Shown here one piece after another: positions 59,540-64,000 of a stretch of DNA of 64,000 nt; positions within the stretch are counted from its first letter, which is position 1; the number at the start of each line of letters is the position of its first letter. This DNA is from Candidatus Uhrbacteria bacterium CG10_big_fil_rev_8_21_14_0_10_48_16 (GTDB lineage Bacteria; Patescibacteriota; Patescibacteriia; UBA9934; GWF2-40-263): the NCBI GenBank assembly GCA_002793515.1, contig PFEU01000008.1:6824-70823 (forward strand), given 5' to 3'. The notes beneath the pieces are model-generated. The model worked only from the letters and a program-made list of their open reading frames with translations. It was not told where the DNA came from and did no database searches. Made by a program: the position numbers and the translations under genes.

Positions 59540-60898
59540 ATGGAATCTGAGTCCGCTCGAATCAGAGCACAACTTACTTCGCAGAACGCTCTTTCATTTA
59601 TCGATGAATTTCTCTTCGCTTTTCCAAACGCCAATCTGTATCTTGTAGGGGGAGCGATCCGTGATGCTCTTCTGTCTCGAACCATGCATGAACGGGACTA
59701 CGATTTTGTTGTCACCCATCTTTCTCCTTCCCACCTCGAAGCTTGGTTCCAAACAAAAGGAGAGCTCCATCTCGTTGGTCAACATTTTGGCGTGTATAAA
59801 TTCATGCCAACTGGATTTACGTCAAAAGACATCTCCTTTATCGACATTGCCCTCCCAAGAACTGAACGTGTCGCTGAGGGAAGTCTTGGAGGCTATCGCG
59901 ATTTTGATGTCCAATCTGATCCAACCCTCCCGATTGAAACAGATCTTGCTAGGCGAGACTTTACCATCAACGCCATGGCGCTTGATCTACGCCACAACAT
60001 GCTCATCGACCCACATAACGGACACGTAGACCTCTCCCACAAGCTCCTGAAGGCCGTTGGTCAGCCTGAAGAACGGTTCGCAGAAGATCTTACCCGCATC
60101 CTTCGTGGGATCAGATTCGCTTCGGAACTTGGGTTCGACATTGAGCCAGAAACAGCACGTGCGATGAACACACTGATTGAGGAAATACATAGAATGCGCG
60201 AAGTCGGAGAGAAGTTTGAGTACGTGGTCCCAAGAGAGGTTATTGGTGAAGAAATCGCGAAAGCCCTTTCTCGCAACCCTGTTCAAGCTGTTCAAAAGCT
60301 CATCGAGCATCGCGTCATTGAAATTCTCTTTCCAAGTGTCCACTCCATCCTCCAGAAAAACCCTACCTACCTCCAGCCCCTTTCCCAGATCGTTCCTGGA
60401 GAACTTCCTCTTGCGCTTACCCTTCTCTTCAGAGAGCTTTCTCCGGAACAGGTGCGAGAGGCTTTCGACTTTTCAGGACTCAATACTCTTCCAAGAGGAT
60501 CGTCCTATCGCACAGAGCAGGAACAGATCCTTTGGCTCATCAGCGTCCTCCAATTGTCTCTCACGCCTGAGGCTATTCAAACCATGCGCGCCTCCCTATT
60601 TGAAAAACGCTTTTTCAATGGCAAAGGGATGATGTTGATACGTTGTCTTGAAATCTTGAAAGAAAAAGAACTCGCCCAAGCCGTAAAAAATCGTCGAAGA
60701 GAAATTGAAGCGCGTTGGCTCGTCGACCATGACGAATCGATCGCTCCGCTTCTATCAGGTCAGGACATTCTTTCTCAAGGAATTCCCCCTGGACCAGAAG
60801 TGCGTCTCTTGCTTGATCACGTCCGTGATCTTCAGCTCGATGGCAAACTCATGCGACGTGAAGAAGCTCTTCGTTGGTTAAAAGAAAAACAGGTGTAA
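59540..60898 (+). CDS. cca: CCA tRNA nucleotidyltransferase / poly(A) polymerase family
   Basis: LVGGAIRD, DYD, DLARRDFTINAMA, RFAEDLTRILRGIRF and C-terminal LLSGQDI...GIPPGP; no HD domain evident. Confidence 0.88.
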   Translation: MESESARIRAQLTSQNALSFIDEFLFAFPNANLYLVGGAIRDALLSRTMHERDYDFVVTHLSPSHLEAWFQTKGELHLVGQHFGVYKFMPTGFTSKDISFIDIALPRTERVAEGSLGGYRDFDVQSDPTLPIETDLARRDFTINAMALDLRHNMLIDPHNGHVDLSHKLLKAVGQPEERFAEDLTRILRGIRFASELGFDIEPETARAMNTLIEEIHRMREVGEKFEYVVPREVIGEEIAKALSRNPVQAVQKLIEHRVIEILFPSVHSILQKNPTYLQPLSQIVPGELPLALTLLFRELSPEQVREAFDFSGLNTLPRGSSYRTEQEQILWLISVLQLSLTPEAIQTMRASLFEKRFFNGKGMMLIRCLEILKEKELAQAVKNRRREIEARWLVDHDESIAPLLSGQDILSQGIPPGPEVRLLLDHVRDLQLDGKLMRREEALRWLKEKQV

Positions 60899-60930
60899 TA
60901 AAAATCCCCCAATGACTTGGGGGATTTTTA
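60899..60930. terminator. Bidirectional terminator
   Basis: TAAAAATCCCCCAA-TGAC-TTGGGGGATTTTTA, a 14-bp perfect stem. Confidence 0.85.
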
Positions 60931-60935
60931 TACAA

Positions 60936-61079
60936 CGGAACTGATCTCCTGGTTACGATGCGGGCCAGCTAAGCTGGCTCACCTTCGCTTCCATGCTTCG
61001 GTTGAATCTCGGCAAAGCTGAGCTTTGCCTTCTGCATATTCAACCCCTTGCCTGCCGGCAGGCAGGGAGCTCAGCTCGG
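60936..61079 (-). other. Multi-stem structured element abutting the tRNA-Val 3' end (ncRNA or MITE/REP-like candidate)
   Basis: Imperfect 14-bp terminal stem enclosing three helical arms, one of them a perfect 16-bp palindrome. Confidence 0.45.
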
Positions 61080-61156
61080 TGGTGGGCGACACAAGATTCG
61101 AACTTGTGACCTCCACAATGTCAATGTGGCGCTCTAACCAACTGAGCTAGCCGCCC
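61080..61156 (-). tRNA. tRNA-Val(GAC)
   Basis: Minus strand GGGCGGCTAGCTCAGTTGGTTAGAGCG-CCACA-TTGACAT-TGTGG...TTCGAAT...CCA. Confidence 0.97.
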
Positions 61157-61215
61157 AGGCTAACGCTCTCGAAAGAACAGCAGAAGTGTACGAAATTACT
61201 TGCTCTTCGTCAATA

Positions 61216-61680
61216 TTAAAAGAAACGACTATTTGATGAAGTATCTGACCCACCTTTGTATTGCGAAATACCTTCTTCTGGTTGATCCTCAGGATCGAGA
61301 ATGATCCAAGGTTTTGTTTTGCTTTTTGAGATTGCCATAATAAGAAATCCCCCGATCGTGAGAAGGACGGCTCCCAATAAAAAGGTCCCAAATATTCCAG
61401 CAAACCCACATCCAAATACGGCGGTCACCATCTCGGCATTTCCACTCGCCTGACCAAGACAATCACGCACCGCGAGCTCTGATTGACGCATGCCAACATA
61501 AGCCGTCCCAATTCCCAACACGAGAGAAAGGAGACTAAAGAGACAACTGAATCGAACTTTTCGAAGTCGCCCAAGTTTCATGACCGTCACAACCGCAAAG
61601 AAGACACCTCCTAGAATCCAATAGAGCAAGAACCAGAGAATGGAAAGCAGAATCAAAAAGGACATCATTTCAGCATCCAT
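61216..61680 (-). CDS. Hypothetical membrane protein (3 TM)
   Basis: Hydrophobic ORF of 154 aa between two tRNAs; start may be 61668. Confidence 0.7.
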   Translation of the reverse strand: MDAEMMSFLILLSILWFLLYWILGGVFFAVVTVMKLGRLRKVRFSCLFSLLSLVLGIGTAYVGMRQSELAVRDCLGQASGNAEMVTAVFGCGFAGIFGTFLLGAVLLTIGGFLIMAISKSKTKPWIILDPEDQPEEGISQYKGGSDTSSNSRFF

Positions 61681-61682
61681 AT

Positions 61683-61853
61683 CTAGAATATTGTCAGTGT
61701 ATAAAACAGTCCAAAAAAGAAAATCATAATAACCGCCGCAATGATGAGAGCCATGACTCCGACGATCCCCTCCTTATCTTCTTCACGAATGGCTTTACGC
61801 AAAAAGAAGATTCCAATTCCGAGTAAGACAATTCCGAGAAATAAAAATGGCAT
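61683..61853 (-). CDS. Small 56-aa two-TM protein (below the ORF-track cut-off)
   Basis: MPFLFLGIVLLGIGIFFLRKAIREEDKEGIVGVMALIIAAVIMIFFFGLFYTLTIF*; fills the gap between tRNA-Ile and the next gene. Confidence 0.65.
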   Translation of the reverse strand: MPFLFLGIVLLGIGIFFLRKAIREEDKEGIVGVMALIIAAVIMIFFFGLFYTLTIF

Positions 61854-61860
61854 AGTGTTC

Positions 61861-61937
61861 TGGTGGGGGTGGATGGACTCGAACCATCGGCCACCAAGGT
61901 ATAAGCTTGGTGCTCTAACCAGCTGAGCTACACCCCC
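61861..61937 (-). tRNA. tRNA-Ile(TAT)
   Basis: Minus strand GGGGGTGTAGCTCAGCTGGTTAGAGCA-CCAAG-CTTATAC-CTTGG-TGGCC-GATGG-TTCGAGT-CCATC-CACCCCC-ACCA; anticodon TAT. Confidence 0.93.
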
Positions 61938-62045
61938 ATCTGTTTATTCATTTCAAGCTCACTCTAGTATACCACTCAGAAATTTTAAAGGGTGAGAAGT
62001 TGCTCTTAGGTGGATTTTTGTTATACTTTAGCCAAATTATTATAT

Positions 62046-62972
62046 ATGCCTACCATCGAAATCACCGAAGAAGATGCCGGAGTACGTTTAGACCTCTTTC
62101 TGTCCAAAATCATTGATATTTCAAGATCTAAGATTCAAAAGCTTATTAAAGAAGAATCAGTCACGATCAACGATAAACCAGCAAAAACAAAGACGCTCCT
62201 TGAACCAGGCGACCGTGTCACCTATTCTGAGCCTGACCGAACCCCCTTTGAAAAGACGGAAGAACCCCCCGTTCTAGATGTTATCTACGAGGATGATGAT
62301 CTTTTTGTGATTCATAAACCTGCCGGACTTCTTGTGCATGAAGCCATGAAGGATGAACATCGAACGACGGTTGTCGATGGTGTCCTTGCACGCTATCCTC
62401 AGATAAAAGAAATCGGCGATGATCCAAAGCGCCCTGGAATCGTTCATCGACTCGACAAAGATGTCTCCGGTCTGATGGTCATTGCAAAAACGCAAGAAGC
62501 ATTTGAATTCCTCAAACAACAATTCAAAGATCGCACCATCAAGAAAGAATATCTCGCTCTTGTCTATGGAATCCTTCCGAAGGAAACGGATATTATCACC
62601 TTGAACATTGAACGGTCTAAGAACAAAGGGCGAATGGTTGCCCGAACAGGAGAACAAACGGGCAAAGAAGCACGAACGGAATATGATGTTCTCAGACGCT
62701 TTGCGACCGCCACCTTTATCCAGGTGAAAATCTTTACCGGACGCACGCATCAGATTCGCGTACATTTCCAAGCGATCGGATACCCAATCGTCGGAGACAA
62801 ACTCTATAAAGTAAAAAACATGAAGTTCCGAGATATTCCAATGGACCGACTGTTTCTTCATGCCTACAAACTCGGAATCACCCTCATGGATGGAACTCAG
62901 AAAAGCTTCATGGCTCCCCTCCCAAAAAATCTTGAAGACCTTTTGGAAACACTCCCAGTAAACTCTCAGTAA
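62046..62972 (+). CDS. rluD: RluA/RluD family RNA pseudouridine synthase with S4 domain
   Basis: RLDLFL (S4), KPAGLLVH, RPGIVHRLDKDVSG, TGRTHQIRVH and LFLHA motifs. Confidence 0.9.
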   Translation: MPTIEITEEDAGVRLDLFLSKIIDISRSKIQKLIKEESVTINDKPAKTKTLLEPGDRVTYSEPDRTPFEKTEEPPVLDVIYEDDDLFVIHKPAGLLVHEAMKDEHRTTVVDGVLARYPQIKEIGDDPKRPGIVHRLDKDVSGLMVIAKTQEAFEFLKQQFKDRTIKKEYLALVYGILPKETDIITLNIERSKNKGRMVARTGEQTGKEARTEYDVLRRFATATFIQVKIFTGRTHQIRVHFQAIGYPIVGDKLYKVKNMKFRDIPMDRLFLHAYKLGITLMDGTQKSFMAPLPKNLEDLLETLPVNSQ

Positions 62973-62979
62973 AGACCGT

Positions 62980-63549
62980 ATGAACAAAACGCTCTACATC
63001 ATCACAGGGCCAAGCGGTGTTGGGAAATCAACCGTTGCACAAGAACTCCTTAAGCGTAGACCCACCCTAAAAAAGGTTGTCACCTGCACCACGCGAAAAA
63101 TGCGTGAAGGGGAAACGGACGGTGTCTCCTATCACTTTTTAGATCGAAAAACATTCCAGTCTCTGATTGCAGAAAAGGCACTTTTTGAATGGGATGAGCA
63201 TTACGACAACTTCTACGGGATTCGCAACGCAGATGTTACACAGCTCATGGAAGAAGGAAGCGATGTGCTCTTCGTGGTGGATATTGCTGGTGCCAAAACC
63301 ATTAAGGAATCTCACCCTGAAGCCGTTCTCTTTTTTATCGAACCAGAGACAACAGACCAACTGCTTCAGAGAATCGAGAAACGAGACCAAGGCACAACGA
63401 CCGGCCTGGAGGAAAGAAAAGCCTCCATACATCGGGAAATGGCCTTTGCTGAGCTTGCAGATCATCGAGTCATGAATAAGGAAGGAAAATTAGATGAAAC
63501 CGTTGAGAACATTCATAAGATCATGGGAAGTCTTGACGAAACACGATGA
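62980..63549 (+). CDS. gmk: Guanylate kinase
   Basis: GPSGVGKST, TTRKMREGE.DG..YHF and FYG motifs. Confidence 0.95.
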   Translation: MNKTLYIITGPSGVGKSTVAQELLKRRPTLKKVVTCTTRKMREGETDGVSYHFLDRKTFQSLIAEKALFEWDEHYDNFYGIRNADVTQLMEEGSDVLFVVDIAGAKTIKESHPEAVLFFIEPETTDQLLQRIEKRDQGTTTGLEERKASIHREMAFAELADHRVMNKEGKLDETVENIHKIMGSLDETR

Positions 63550-63561
63550 AAAAGCTATTAT
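63533..63561 (+). promoter_or_regulatory. Putative rplS promoter
   Basis: TTGACG-17 nt-TATTAT overlapping the end of gmk. Confidence 0.65.
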
Positions 63562-63645
63562 CTGGCCACATTTATCAGCCGATCAATGAACACTGATTCT
63601 TATAAAAGGATGTGGTCCACTTGTCAGGCGCTGTAAGAAATACCT

Positions 63646-64000
63646 ATGTCAGACGAGACAACACAATCATCAGAGGAAAAGGACGTTGAAGAAACCATCG
63701 TTCCTGTCACAGATGAAACCCAAGAGGCCGTGACCCCAGAAGCTCCTGCTCTTGCATACAAAGAAAAGATGTTTGGAATGGACGATCTCCAAGCCGGACA
63801 AACCGTTCGTCTTCATGAGCGCATCCAGGATGTTTCTCCAAAAGGAGAGGTCCGTGAGCGTATTCAAGTCTTCGAAGGAATGATCCTCGCGTTAGGTGGA
63901 TCTGGTGTTTCGCGAACGATCACCTTGAGAAAGATCAGCAACGGAGTAGGAGTCGAGAAAATCTATCCGATCAACTCTCCTCTTGTATCCAAGATCGAAC
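63646..64000 (+). CDS. rplS: 50S ribosomal protein L19 (partial, runs off the window)
   Basis: Not in the ORF track. Translation gives ...GQTVRLHERI...RERIQVFEGMIL...TITLRKISNGVGVEKIYPINSP, preceded by an acidic N-terminal extension. Confidence 0.95.
   Translation, partial: MSDETTQSSEEKDVEETIVPVTDETQEAVTPEAPALAYKEKMFGMDDLQAGQTVRLHERIQDVSPKGEVRERIQVFEGMILALGGSGVSRTITLRKISNGVGVEKIYPINSPLVSKIE

Noticed and set aside
59540-60898. CCA-adding enzyme although all four tRNAs encode CCA
   Set aside because: This is ordinary: the enzyme serves 3'-end repair in many bacteria.

Overview
This 64-kb window is from a bacterial chromosome using standard code 11 (TGA acts as stop). Gene content and style (short YidC, degenerate DHH protein, no Shine-Dalgarno motifs on core genes, tRNA-Ile(UAU), giant surface proteins) suggest a Patescibacteria/CPR organism; this is inference. 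The layout is: (1) 1-15.8 kb, minus-strand housekeeping genes (groES/EL with a CIRCE operator, yidC, nusA, yraN, bactofilin, argS, valS) and two tRNAs; (2) a lone high-GC lipoprotein with Cys/Asp-rich repeats and a 7-blade FG-GAP propeller; (3) 19.6-32.5 kb, a surface-protein block with an O-antigen-ligase/TPR protein, a 2124-aa fibre-like protein with a tail-spike-type autochaperone, and a cohesin-dockerin-cohesin gene trio; (4) 32.6-59.5 kb, a glycan locus with a priming transferase, Wzm/Wzt, NeuB/NeuA, Gmd, an aminotransferase, six methyltransferases, many glycosyltransferases and an O-antigen-ligase-like protein; (5) cca, tRNA-Val, tRNA-Ile(UAU), rluD-like, gmk and partial rplS. The best candidate for an undescribed system is a non-cellulosomal cohesin-dockerin surface scaffold next to a giant fibre and an S-layer-type protein glycosylation pathway. 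No CRISPR array, integrase, transposase or rRNA was seen. All domain calls come from reading motifs by eye, not from database searches.
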